Positions 41,959 through 51,939 of a stretch of 64,000 bases of DNA are shown here, one piece after another (the stretch's first letter is position 1; each line of letters begins with the position of its first letter). Both the position numbers and the translations under genes were made by a program. Source of the stretch: an uncultured delta proteobacterium (GTDB taxonomy: Bacteria; Myxococcota; Kuafuiibacteriia; Kuafuiibacteriales; Kuafuiibacteriaceae); assembly GCA_963803435.1 (NCBI GenBank), contig CAWDML010000004.1, positions 263,413 through 327,412 of the forward strand, written 5' to 3'. Under the pieces are notes generated by a model. The model was given only the letters and a program-made list of their open reading frames with translations, searched no databases and was not told the DNA's origin.

Positions 41959-43008
41959 TCAGGTGCGGACGCGATCCTTGATCGCCTGGTACGCCATCTT
42001 CGAAACGGCGTGACCGATCGGTCCCGCTGCGAGGAGCGCCCGCAGTGCCCACAGCTTTTCGTTCCTGAGGGCGTGCTGTGGATAGACGGCATCGGCGAAC
42101 TTGACCATCCGTTTGGCCTTGAGACGATCACCGGAGGCGAGCGTGGCGAGCCCGTGTCGAGCGATGTCGTATTCGATGAATCGTCGCTCGAGCTCGGTGC
42201 GCGTGATGCCGGCCTGCTCGAGCAGGCGACCGTCGATCTGGAAGGTGCTCACGTATTCGTCGACCAGATACTTCAGCGCTCCGCTTCGGGTCTGCTGTGC
42301 CGTCTGATTCGAGGGATGCCAGCGGCTCGCCCCGTATGCACGGTCGACGTAGTAAGCCGTCTCGGTGACGCCCAGCAGCCGCCAGTGGAACCACTTGTCC
42401 GGGTTCATCAGCCGCCAGGCCCCGTAACCCTCAATCTCGCGGTACAGACCTCGCGGAAAGACGGTCCCTGTCAGGTTGTAGGGATTGCTCATGGTCTCGA
42501 GGCACCGGCGGAGGAGGTCCTTGCCGCTCACGCGATAGACGGGGCCGCCCAGCAGAGCGTCGAGCTGGGGCGCGCGATCGCTCTCCCGCCAGAGCCTTCG
42601 ATCGGGCTTCAGCGAGCCTGTGATCCGATCGTCCGGGTCGATCACATCGTTGCCAGCACCGATGATCGAGCGCTCGCCGTCGGCGCCGAGGCGTTCATAG
42701 AGCGCATTGCATCGCCCGAGCATCTCCGGACGAAGGAGGTCGTCGGAGCAGATGACGGTGATCCGCTCCGCCGTGGCCATCTCCACCGCCCTGTCGAGAT
42801 TGCCCGCGTAACCGACGTTGCATGCATTGACCTTCAATCTGACGCGCGAATCCTGGATCGCCTCGACCACTGCGACAGATGCGTCGGTGCTAGCGTTGTC
42901 GCTGACGACAACCTCCAGGTCGCGGTGCGATTGATCGAGGGCGCTCCGGATCGTGCGCTCGATGTATCCGGCATAGTTGTAGTTGGGAACGCAGATGGAA
43001 AACTTCAT
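41959..43008 (-). CDS. Glycosyltransferase family 2
   Basis: SICVPNYN, VVSDNASTD, NVGYAGN, SDD. Confidence 0.9.
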   Translation of the reverse strand: MKFSICVPNYNYAGYIERTIRSALDQSHRDLEVVVSDNASTDASVAVVEAIQDSRVRLKVNACNVGYAGNLDRAVEMATAERITVICSDDLLRPEMLGRCNALYERLGADGERSIIGAGNDVIDPDDRITGSLKPDRRLWRESDRAPQLDALLGGPVYRVSGKDLLRRCLETMSNPYNLTGTVFPRGLYREIEGYGAWRLMNPDKWFHWRLLGVTETAYYVDRAYGASRWHPSNQTAQQTRSGALKYLVDEYVSTFQIDGRLLEQAGITRTELERRFIEYDIARHGLATLASGDRLKAKRMVKFADAVYPQHALRNEKLWALRALLAAGPIGHAVSKMAYQAIKDRVRT

Positions 43009-43012
43009 CGGC

Positions 43013-44188
43013 TCACCCCCAGAGCGAAAGCGGCTTCGACATCGACGCTTGGTAGGTTTCGAGCACGCCGCTCGCGGAGGCCTCGAGAGAAAAGTGGCTG
43101 GTCGCCCGCTCGCGGCCTGCACGACCCAGTCGCGCACGCAGTTCGGCGTCATCGGCCAGCCGTTCGATCAAGGTGGCCAGATGGGCGGGATCGTCCTCCT
43201 GGGCCAAGAAGCCCGTGACGCCGTCTGCGACGATCTCGTTCGAGCCACCACCGCGATTCGCCACGACCGGACGGCCCGCCGCCATCGCTTCCACGAGGAC
43301 CCGCCCGAACGACTCGTGATTCGAGGCCTGGACGAGGACGTCAATCTCGCTCATCAGCTGGACCGGATCCGGCACGAACCCCGCGAAGGTGAGACGGTTC
43401 TCCAGCCCGAGTTCCCGGACTCTCCGCCTCACCTGATCGGCATAGTCGTCGTCCGGCAGGTCTCCGTACACGCGGAACTGGATGGGCCGGGTCTGAGCGA
43501 TGCGGGCGGCGGCCTCGGCAAATAGCGCGTGCTTCTTCATCCTGGCCGAGAGGCTCCCGACCATCGCGACGACGATCGGTCCGCCTGCCGGGCGAGGATC
43601 GAGCTCGAGATATCGCGAAAGGTCGATCCCGTTCGGAACCACCCGGAGGAGGCCCTCCGGGAGCCATTCCCTAACGCACGCGGCCGTCGCATGGGAGTTG
43701 GCGATCAGGTGAGACGCGCGCCTCGACAGCACCTTGCCGAGCGACCTCCCCTCGATGGGCAGGCGGAACGGGTGTCCTGGGCCTATCATCTCCCGGATGT
43801 GCCAGACGTGGGGAAGGCCGAGCAGGCGGGCAGCGATCCCGCCCTCGGGCGTGGAGATCGTCGAGGTGTGGACGAGCTGAGCCTGCGTGCGTTTGGCGAA
43901 TCGAGCCACCCGCAACGCCGATCCGCGCGCCCAGCCCGTTCGGAGGATCTCGCGGGCCTCGATGATCGGACGCTTCCAGAGGTCGACGCGGATCCGCTTC
44001 GTCCACCAGTACAACGGAAGATAGAGAACCTCGCCGTCGGTGGCCTGCTCGATCTGCGAGCGCACCGGCTCGATCCCGAAGTCCGCGCACACCGCGCACG
44101 AGCGGATCCCGGCCTTCGCGAGCGCGTGCATGAGGCCGAGCGCGCTCATGGTCGCCCCCCCGACCGCTCCGCTTAGTACATGGAGCAC
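43013..44188 (-). CDS. Glycosyltransferase family 4
   Basis: HVWHIRE, VVPNGID, ESFGRVLVEAMAAGRPVV. Confidence 0.92.
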   Translation of the reverse strand: MLHVLSGAVGGATMSALGLMHALAKAGIRSCAVCADFGIEPVRSQIEQATDGEVLYLPLYWWTKRIRVDLWKRPIIEAREILRTGWARGSALRVARFAKRTQAQLVHTSTISTPEGGIAARLLGLPHVWHIREMIGPGHPFRLPIEGRSLGKVLSRRASHLIANSHATAACVREWLPEGLLRVVPNGIDLSRYLELDPRPAGGPIVVAMVGSLSARMKKHALFAEAAARIAQTRPIQFRVYGDLPDDDYADQVRRRVRELGLENRLTFAGFVPDPVQLMSEIDVLVQASNHESFGRVLVEAMAAGRPVVANRGGGSNEIVADGVTGFLAQEDDPAHLATLIERLADDAELRARLGRAGRERATSHFSLEASASGVLETYQASMSKPLSLWG

Positions 44189-44202
44189 CTTTGCGGGCGA
44201 CT

Positions 44203-44976
44203 TCAGATCAGCCCCCTCTCCTTCGCGACGGACTCCACGGTTCGAGGCTCGATCTGCTTCCCGGTATAGAGCTCGAACTGCTTCGCGAACTGATGCTGGT
44301 ACATGACGAACCCGGGCACGTACCGGAGCCCGCGCTCCCGACTGACCGTTTCCAGGAAGTTGTTCTCCCGCGGTACCACCAGATCGAACACGGTGGGTGC
44401 GAGCAGGTCCATGACCTCCGGGCGGATCGGCTCCAGGCTCATCGGGGTCGCGTTGATGAACAGCTCGATCGGTTGTTGCCGGTATTCGGCCACGTCCCAG
44501 CGTCGGGCGATGGCGCGGCTCTTGGCGGGGTCTCGCGCGGTGAGGAACACCTCGCGGCCGTCGAGCACGGAGAGGATCGAGTCGACGACGCTGCCGCTTC
44601 CGTACACCAGCACGCGCTCGAAGGAGAGCTCGCGCAAGGTTTCGCGGAGGCCGTGAATGTCCGTATTGTGTCCGATCAACCTCGCGTCACGATGGAGGAC
44701 AGTGTTGACCGAACGCACGCGCTCGGCCTCTGGATCGAGCACGTCGAGATGCTTGATGATCTGGCCCTTGAGCGGCATCGACACACTGCATCCGCGAACG
44801 TCCAGGGTCCGGATCGAGGATGCCAGGGATCCGGAGTCGATCACCGACCGCGACAGATACACCGCGTTGATATCGAACCGACGAAAGAGCTCGTTGTAGA
44901 TCGTGGTCCCGAAACGGCTCGGTCGAGAGGAGGCGGATACGAAGAGCTCGGTTTCCTTGTCAACTTGCCAGGGCAT
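44203..44976 (-). CDS. Shikimate dehydrogenase-like protein, SdhL subfamily
   Basis: SxSxRPSxFGTT start, GCSVSMPLK, SVNT, GHNTD, INATP, QFELYTG. Confidence 0.8.
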   Translation of the reverse strand: MPWQVDKETELFVSASSRPSRFGTTIYNELFRRFDINAVYLSRSVIDSGSLASSIRTLDVRGCSVSMPLKGQIIKHLDVLDPEAERVRSVNTVLHRDARLIGHNTDIHGLRETLRELSFERVLVYGSGSVVDSILSVLDGREVFLTARDPAKSRAIARRWDVAEYRQQPIELFINATPMSLEPIRPEVMDLLAPTVFDLVVPRENNFLETVSRERGLRYVPGFVMYQHQFAKQFELYTGKQIEPRTVESVAKERGLI

Positions 44977-47263
44977 CGTGGAGCGTCTTCGTCCCGAGCG
45001 CGAACAGCATCTTGTCGAACGGGTAATTGTGGAGCGGAGCCATGTTCAAGTAGATGAGTCCCACCAGGAGTCGAACCTTGGCAACGTCGTAGCCCTTCGC
45101 CGCGATGAAGCACTCCAGCATGTCTCGGTAGTCGTTCATGCTGTTTCGGGTCTGGAAGTCGAAGTTGATGCGCTGATCGTCCTCCGAATACGTGAACAGG
45201 TTCTTCTTGATCAGGTCGTAGTTGAGGAGCAGGCCGCCGTAGAGCTTGGCCAAATCGTAGTAGAGATCGCCGACCTCCAGAACGCCGGCAAAGTCCTGTC
45301 GCCAGTCGATCAGCGTGAAGCCGTCGGGAGACCCGATGACGTTGTCGAATTGGAGATCGCCGTGAATGAACGAAGCGACGTGATTTTTAGCCAGGTGCTC
45401 CCAATTCACCTTTCGCAGGATCGCCTCGGTGGGCGGGAAGGAACGGCCGTTCAGCAGGCGCTGGTTGTCCCGCAGGCGGGGATATTTCTCGAAGAATGCG
45501 TGCAGCCGCTGTTCGGTCTTGTCGCGGTAGAAGCGTAGGCACGGGCTCGTGAGATCGACGCCTTCCTTTCGCTGCCACACGGACTCATCAAGCCAGTCGA
45601 GCAGCCGCTGGAAGATAGCGAGGTCGCTATGGGCGTAGAGCGTCTCCCCCGGGACGAACGGATAGGCGAAGAACTGACCGCGCGCGAAGTCGATCTGGGG
45701 GAAGACGGCCTTGTTGAAGCCGGCGCGCTCGGCCCGATTCTCCGCGATCTTCTCGTCGCGGAAGAATTTGATGACGCGCCCATTGGTCATGTAGAGGAAC
45801 TCGTCGGTCTTCCCGAAGTCGAACCCGTCCTGTGCCGCGGTTAGATCGAGGTACTGCTGGTACGAGCCCACGTCGGTCCACCGGAAGTCCACGGCTTTGA
45901 CGGAGCGCTGCGTGATCATATGGCGGATGCCGTTCGTCATCTGCCACTCGCCCTTATGCAGATAGCGGTCCTGGAGCCCCTCCCAGAACGAGCGCGCGTC
46001 GTGGATGTAGGCGAGCCCGATGAACGACTTGGAGTGGTTGTCCTTGTAGGGCTCCTTGTCGATCATGTCGACGATCCGTTCGCTCTCGATGGTGAAGTTG
46101 CAATAGCGGTCGGAGATCGCGAAGTTCACGCCGCAAACGCCCATCCAGTCCTGGTGAACGTCGAAGGGGATCTCGTCCTCCACCACCGTGTCACAGGCGA
46201 CGAAGTAGAACGGCTTCTCGCGAAGCGCCGTTCGGCACGAACGGAGCGAGTATCCGGGACCGGCCCCTGGCCGGTCGTAGTTGTCGACCATGACGAACTC
46301 GAGCTCGTGGCTCGGATAGGCGGCCTCGAGGTAGTTCCGAACCTGATCGCCCTTATAGCCGAGTGCGATCACGAAGCGCGTGTTCTTCGGGTACTTCTCG
46401 ATGATCCAAGAGATCACCGCTTTGCCGCGCATCGGCAGCAGCGCCTTGTTGAGAACGTCGCAGAGCCCGCCCATGCGGTCGCCTTTGCCGGCGGTCAGGA
46501 TGCACACCTGAAGCTGGTGCTCGCTCTCGATCGTGCCGTCCTTGCGGTTGTTGTCGTCCTGCACGCGGACGACGTCTTCGAGGTGGGGCGTCGAGGCTTC
46601 GTAGAGGCGGATGTCGCTGAGCGCCTCGAGACGGTGGATCGTCTCGGGGACGACGTCGACCGAAGAAACAGCTGTGAGCTCGACCTGCCCTAGATCCTCG
46701 GTCGTCACGGCGTCGTTGGGGACGGCCGGGTTCTTCTTGAACCAGACGTTGGCCCGGCCCTCGAAGAGGACGTTCGTCTCCTGCTTCTCGCGGTGATACT
46801 GTAGGCTGGTCTTTCGACCTGCTTTGAGGAAGACCTCCTTGAGGCTGTAGCTCTTGTTCTTCCCGTTGATCCAGAGCTCATGCCCCCAAGGCTTGAACAC
46901 GCGCTTGATGTCCTCGGTGCGCACGACCTCGACTCGCGCCTCGGCGACGTCGCTTCGCGTACCTACGACCAGAACGTCGGCGCGCGAGCCGTTGTTGTTG
47001 GCGATCTCTGAAGGCATTCCTCGAACATCCAGGCATTCGATCGGCGCCACCCGATACGCCTTCTCGCGGACCTGGACGTCCACGGGAGCGCGCTCTCCAT
47101 CCCTCGGCTTCACGAAGATCGTGTATTCCCCCAGGAAGTCGATGGTCGCCTTCTCACCCGGATCGAGCGCGTAGAGCGCGTAGTAGTAGGCGTTGTCGCT
47201 GAACACCGTGCACCCGCTGTCGGTGCGAACGGTACGAACGACCGTGCCGCCGAAGGAGCTCAT
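44960..47263 (-). CDS. Multidomain fusion: cupin (isomerase-like) + nucleotidyltransferase + choline/aminoglycoside-type kinase
   Basis: KPWGHE...SLQYH..KQET...IHRLEA..EASTP (cupin); ILTAGKGDRM...NKALLP (NTase); HGDLQFDN, LIDWRQDF, YYDLAK (kinase). Confidence 0.82.
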   Translation of the reverse strand: MSSFGGTVVRTVRTDSGCTVFSDNAYYYALYALDPGEKATIDFLGEYTIFVKPRDGERAPVDVQVREKAYRVAPIECLDVRGMPSEIANNNGSRADVLVVGTRSDVAEARVEVVRTEDIKRVFKPWGHELWINGKNKSYSLKEVFLKAGRKTSLQYHREKQETNVLFEGRANVWFKKNPAVPNDAVTTEDLGQVELTAVSSVDVVPETIHRLEALSDIRLYEASTPHLEDVVRVQDDNNRKDGTIESEHQLQVCILTAGKGDRMGGLCDVLNKALLPMRGKAVISWIIEKYPKNTRFVIALGYKGDQVRNYLEAAYPSHELEFVMVDNYDRPGAGPGYSLRSCRTALREKPFYFVACDTVVEDEIPFDVHQDWMGVCGVNFAISDRYCNFTIESERIVDMIDKEPYKDNHSKSFIGLAYIHDARSFWEGLQDRYLHKGEWQMTNGIRHMITQRSVKAVDFRWTDVGSYQQYLDLTAAQDGFDFGKTDEFLYMTNGRVIKFFRDEKIAENRAERAGFNKAVFPQIDFARGQFFAYPFVPGETLYAHSDLAIFQRLLDWLDESVWQRKEGVDLTSPCLRFYRDKTEQRLHAFFEKYPRLRDNQRLLNGRSFPPTEAILRKVNWEHLAKNHVASFIHGDLQFDNVIGSPDGFTLIDWRQDFAGVLEVGDLYYDLAKLYGGLLLNYDLIKKNLFTYSEDDQRINFDFQTRNSMNDYRDMLECFIAAKGYDVAKVRLLVGLIYLNMAPLHNYPFDKMLFALGTKTLHDALAS

Positions 47264-47269
47264 CTCCCA

Positions 47270-48517
47270 TCAACCTTTCTGTGCTGAGCCGAGGCCCATG
47301 GGCCTCGCAGTTCGAAGGATCGCCCGCTGGAGATGATCGCGGATCGCGCGGTCCAGCTCAATGCCGGCCCTCTCGTGACCGTCCCGCATGCGCGCTTGGA
47401 TCGCCTTAAAGTCGCTGCTGCCGAAGACGTAGTGCCCCGCCATTACGGCCTTGTCGCGATCGCTCGCCGTCGATCCGGGCAAGAGCCACTTACCCCACTT
47501 TCGGGTCGACAAGGAGAGCCGCAGGAACGCTTCGATCTCCGCGTCGAGGCCGAGCCGGTGACACGAGTCGAGCAGGAACTTGGTCTCCGCCACACCGTAC
47601 TCGGGCGCGATGTTGGTGGCACCTACGCGCATTGCGGGTCGGAGCGAAAGGATCTCTTCTGGCAGATAATCGCCGTTGTGCTCCTTGACGTAGACGCCGT
47701 AGCGCTCGGCGGAGTCGACGAGCTGGCGAACATCCTCGAGTATGCGGTTCTGTCCGGCGGCGTCGACCTTGGCGACGAGCCCGACGTTCCGCGTCTCCTT
47801 CACCAGCGTGCCGGTTTGTGCCACCACGAAGATGGGCATCGGATAGCCGCGGCGATGCGTGAAGGTCGCGAGCGCGTCCAGAAAACGATCCAGATCTTCA
47901 GGCGTGTTCAGGCCGCCGTTCTGCTCCTGGGTACCCACCTCGATCAGGATCGGTTGACCGAGCTCGTCGGCGCGCTGGACCACGAAGTCGTAGAGATCGA
48001 AGAGCAGCTCGAGCACCTCCACGCGCCGGGAGGGATCGTCCGCGGGAGGAATGCTCGGGTCGATGTGAATCACGTCGAAGCCGGCCTCGAGGTCCACCGA
48101 GAACGAGCGCTTGGCCGAGGCCATGGCGTCCTTCTGGGACATCCGCTGGCGGACCTCGGGATAGTTTTGCCAGGGCCCGCCGTGATCGCGGCAGAGAAGC
48201 ACGTAACCTCCGGAGTCGCGCGCACGAACGTATTCGGCGAACTGCTCCGTGCTCCAGTTGTTGACGTAGCCGGCGCCCTGGTCCGCGCACTCGATCTGAC
48301 GCCGCGAGGCGATCAACATCAGTGGCTCCGCCAGCTCATTGGCCAGGTCGATCGCAGCATCGACGCAGGCCACGCTCATCGGGCCGACGCCCAGCTCCGT
48401 GCGGCCGTTCGTCCGGAGGCCCAGGCGCAAGCGCTCGAGCCGGCTGCGCTCGGTCTTCGAGCCGCCTCCGACCGATTCCGTCCGACTCTGCGCCGAAAAC
48501 CCGTCTACACCGTCCAT
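47270..48517 (-). CDS. GatZ/KbaZ-like (tagatose-6-phosphate 4-epimerase family) protein
   Basis: LMLIASRRQI....GY, LCRDHGGPW, AGFDVIHID, IEVGT, KEHNGDYL, NIAPE. Confidence 0.75.
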   Translation of the reverse strand: MDGVDGFSAQSRTESVGGGSKTERSRLERLRLGLRTNGRTELGVGPMSVACVDAAIDLANELAEPLMLIASRRQIECADQGAGYVNNWSTEQFAEYVRARDSGGYVLLCRDHGGPWQNYPEVRQRMSQKDAMASAKRSFSVDLEAGFDVIHIDPSIPPADDPSRRVEVLELLFDLYDFVVQRADELGQPILIEVGTQEQNGGLNTPEDLDRFLDALATFTHRRGYPMPIFVVAQTGTLVKETRNVGLVAKVDAAGQNRILEDVRQLVDSAERYGVYVKEHNGDYLPEEILSLRPAMRVGATNIAPEYGVAETKFLLDSCHRLGLDAEIEAFLRLSLSTRKWGKWLLPGSTASDRDKAVMAGHYVFGSSDFKAIQARMRDGHERAGIELDRAIRDHLQRAILRTARPMGLGSAQKG

Positions 48518-49059
48518 TCTCCACTTCCTCCAAAGCTCTCCGGCAATCTGTCGGGGTCGAACGGGCTGAAGAAACGCTCGAGCACGTGAAGACAGGCCTC
48601 GGCGACGGCTCGATCGCCGCCCGAGGCCTCGGTCACGAAGTGCGCCCGTGCCTTCGTGTGCGGCGCTGCGTTCGCCGGCGCGATCGCGTACCCGACGTGC
48701 GGGAAGACGTACGAGTCGAAGATCCCGTCGCCCATGTAGATGGCTTCCGTGGGGTTCAAGCTCTCCCGGAGCCATCGCCCGCGCTGGATCGTGCTGACGA
48801 GGTCGAGCGGATGTTTCATGTCATCGACGATGCGCCGCTTGGTAATTTCGAAGCCTTTGCGATCGCCGGTGACGAAGCGAACTTCGAGGTACGGCTTGAG
48901 CAGCAGGAGGGCGTCGTGGTCGTCGGGACCGAACACCTTTCCCGCCTTTCCGTCGGCGGTATAGAAGAAGTGGCCGGTCGTCATGACGCCGTCGACGTCG
49001 AGAACGAAATGCTTGGGTTTCCACCCTTCTTCGGGCTGTTTCTGGCGGGGATTCGCCAC
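48505..49059 (-). CDS. HAD-IIIA phosphatase, KdsC-like
   Basis: VLDVDGVMT, FVTG, YMGDGIFD, GGDRAVAE. Confidence 0.85.
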   Translation of the reverse strand: MANPRQKQPEEGWKPKHFVLDVDGVMTTGHFFYTADGKAGKVFGPDDHDALLLLKPYLEVRFVTGDRKGFEITKRRIVDDMKHPLDLVSTIQRGRWLRESLNPTEAIYMGDGIFDSYVFPHVGYAIAPANAAPHTKARAHFVTEASGGDRAVAEACLHVLERFFSPFDPDRLPESFGGSGEWTV

Positions 49060-49225
49060 GGCGTTGGCCTTCTTTGCCTAGTAGGTGAACAGAAGCAACC
49101 CGCATGTTCACGCGCCGGCGCGAACCAGATCGCCCCGGCAGCCGCCGGGTAGGGACGTTGTTTACCCCGGCCAAAGCCGGGGGATTCGTTGACGGTTTCG
49201 CTCGAACCCGATACCGCTCGCTCCG

Positions 49226-50188
49226 ATGACCGATCGAACCGAATGGCTCGCGGTGGCGCTGGAGGCCGTCGAGGCCGCGGCTATCGTCGCGGGCGCAGTT
49301 CAGGTCGGAAGCAGGGCGCTGGCGCTCGAGAAGGCCGACAAGTCCCCGTCACCGTCGCCGATTTCGGGGTTCAGGCGGTTGTCGCGCGTCACCTCTCGGC
49401 CGAGCTCGGCGACGTCGTGCTGGTGGGTGAGGAATCTGCGAGGGACGCGCGGCTCGACGCGCGGATCCTCGGGGCGACCGTCGAGGCCGTACGCGCGGTG
49501 TGGCCGGAAGCGACCGCGGACGCCGTGCTCTCGGCGATCGATCGCGGCGCTGGCGACCCACGCGGCCAGGGCTTCTGGACCCTCGATCCGATCGACGGAA
49601 CCAAGGGCTTCCTCCGCGGCCAGCAGTACTGCATGTCCCTCGCCTGGATCGAGCCGGCGGCCCGTCTTGGGCGTGCTGGCGTGCCCGAACCTCCCGCTCT
49701 CCCTGGACAAGCCGTTCGACCCGCCGGATCCGCAGGGCTCGCTCTACTGGGCGGTGGCGGCCAAGGCGCGTTCGAGAGCGGCGGGGTCGAAGAATCCACG
49801 CGCCGGAACCGAGCGACGACGCGATCACGTTCTGCGAGTCGGTCGAGGCGCCCACTCCGATCAGGCAGGCAATCGCCGCGTCGTCGAGGCGCTCGGCATG
49901 TCCGAGATCCGCTCGGTGCGGATCGATAGCCAGTGCAAGTACGCCGTCGTCGCCCGCGGCCAGGCGGACGCGTACCTCCGGCTGCCGACAGAGCGACGCC
50001 TACGTGGAGAAGATCTGGGACCACGCGGCCGGCTCGCTCGTCGCGACCGAGGCCGGGGGCACGGTCGTCACGACGTGCACGGCCGCCCGCTCGACTTCTC
50101 CACGGGCCGACTGCCTCGAGAAGAACCGCGGCGTGGTGGTGGCGACGCGCTCTCTCCACGCGCAGGCTGATCGCAGCTGCTCGCATGA
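49226..50188 (+). CDS. 3'(2'),5'-bisphosphate nucleotidase (PAP phosphatase, HAL2-type), frameshifted
   Basis: KADKSPVTVADF, GEE, WTLDPIDGTKGFLRG, RIDSQCKY, EKIWDHAAG. Confidence 0.88.
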
Positions 50189-51939
50189 CCTGGAGCGCCG
50201 CTCCTGCTCGCCGTGCTGTTGGCGGGTATGGTCCTGGGGACCGCGCTCAGTCGGTTCCGGATCGACGTCGGTATCCTCGGCGTCTGCTGGCGCTCCTCTT
50301 GACCGGAATGCTGGAGCCGAAGGAGGCCTTCGCCGGCTTCGCCAGCTCGTCGGTGGTGATGATCGCGTTCCTCTACGTGGTCGCGGCCGGTGTGAAGGAG
50401 ACCGGCGCGGCGACCCGCCTGGGATACCTGATCCTCGGCGGCGCCAGGTCGGAGCGCGGCGCGCAGGCGCGGTTGGTGGTGCCGGTGGCGGTGCTGTCGG
50501 CGTTCATGAACAACACGCCGCTGGTCGCGATGTTTCTGCCGGTGCTCGGCGGGATCGCCCGGCGGATCCGGGTCGCGCCGTCGCGCCTGTTCATGCCGCT
50601 GTCGTTCGCGACCATCCTGGGCGGCACGTGCACCATGATCGGGACCAGCACGAACGTGGTGATCGACGGCCTGGTGAAGAAGCACGGGGTCGAAGGCCTG
50701 GGGATGTTCGGCTTCGCGCGCCTGGGCTTGCCGGTGGCGCTCGTCGGCTTGCTGTATCTCGTTCTGTTCGGCCGCAAGCTCCTCCCCGCGGGTGAGGACT
50801 TCACGCTCGGCGATTCGGTCCGGAAGTACATGGCGATGGTCAAGGTCCGCGCGGATGCACCGCTCGTCGGCCAGACCGTCGCGCAAGCCAACCTGCGAAA
50901 TCTCCCGGGGCTCTACCTGTCGCGCATCGAGCGTGGTGAAGAGATCATCGTCGCGGTCAGCCCGAACGAGCGTCTTCAGGGGGGCGACGTCCTGGGGTTC
51001 GTCGGGGATCTCGACTCGGTGGTCGACCTCCACAAGGTCGACGGCTTGGAGCCCGCGCACGAGGAGGAGCGGCCGAAGTACAGCGCGAGCCGCCGGCTGA
51101 TCGAGGCGGTGGTGTCGCCCGCGTCGCCGCTGATCGGGCAGACGATCAAGGATGCCGAGATCCGCACGCGCTACGGCGCGGTGATCATCGCCGTGCACCG
51201 CCACGGCCACCGGGTCGAGGGCAAGCTCGGCAGCGTGATCCTCAAGCCGGGCGACTCGATCCTGCTCGAGGGCCCGGAGTCGTTCCTCGAGCGGCACCGC
51301 AACTCCCCCGACTTCACGCTGGTGTCGGCGCTCGAGGGCGCGGCGGCGCCCAACCACCGCAGGGCTCCGGCGGCGATCGGGCTGCTGGTGCTGTTCATCG
51401 TGCTGCTCTCGGTGCCGTCGATCGATCCGGTGGTGGCGGCGATGCTGGTGGCCGCGCTCATGGGCGTTACTCGGTGCTGCACTGCACCGCAGGCGCGTGC
51501 GGCGGTCGACTGGCAGGTGCTGATCGTCATCGGCTCGGCGTACGGGATCGCGACCGCGATGGAGAAGACCGGGCTGGCAGGCTCACTGGCGCACCTGATC
51601 CTGGAGGCGGCCATGCCGTTCGGACGAACGGCGCTGCTGGCGAGCATCTATCTGCTCACGCTGCTGCTCACCTCGGTGCTCACGAACACAGCTGCCGCCA
51701 TCTTGGTGTTCCCGATCGCGCTGTCGGTGACCGGAGTCTCCGGAGAGTCCTTCGTACCGTTCGCGGCGTGCATCGCGATTGCGGCCTCGTGCGAGTTCTC
51801 GACGCCGATCGGGTACCAGACGAACCTGATGGTGATGGGGCCGGGCGGCTATCGCTGGAGCGACTTCACCCGGTTCGGCGGGCCGCTCACGATCATCTGC
51901 GCGCTGGTCGCGATCGCGCTGGCGCCGCTGGTGTTCTAG
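50185..51939 (+). CDS. SLC13/DASS permease with two TrkA-C domains (candidate sulfate transporter); frameshifts near the 5' end
   Basis: SAFMNNTPLVA, GGTCTMIGTSTN, RCK-C repeats, TPIGYQTNLMVMGPGGY. ATGA-coupled to the PAP phosphatase gene. Confidence 0.88.
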   Translation: MTWSAAPARRAVGGYGPGDRAQSVPDRRRYPRRLLALLLTGMLEPKEAFAGFASSSVVMIAFLYVVAAGVKETGAATRLGYLILGGARSERGAQARLVVPVAVLSAFMNNTPLVAMFLPVLGGIARRIRVAPSRLFMPLSFATILGGTCTMIGTSTNVVIDGLVKKHGVEGLGMFGFARLGLPVALVGLLYLVLFGRKLLPAGEDFTLGDSVRKYMAMVKVRADAPLVGQTVAQANLRNLPGLYLSRIERGEEIIVAVSPNERLQGGDVLGFVGDLDSVVDLHKVDGLEPAHEEERPKYSASRRLIEAVVSPASPLIGQTIKDAEIRTRYGAVIIAVHRHGHRVEGKLGSVILKPGDSILLEGPESFLERHRNSPDFTLVSALEGAAAPNHRRAPAAIGLLVLFIVLLSVPSIDPVVAAMLVAALMGVTRCCTAPQARAAVDWQVLIVIGSAYGIATAMEKTGLAGSLAHLILEAAMPFGRTALLASIYLLTLLLTSVLTNTAAAILVFPIALSVTGVSGESFVPFAACIAIAASCEFSTPIGYQTNLMVMGPGGYRWSDFTRFGGPLTIICALVAIALAPLVF

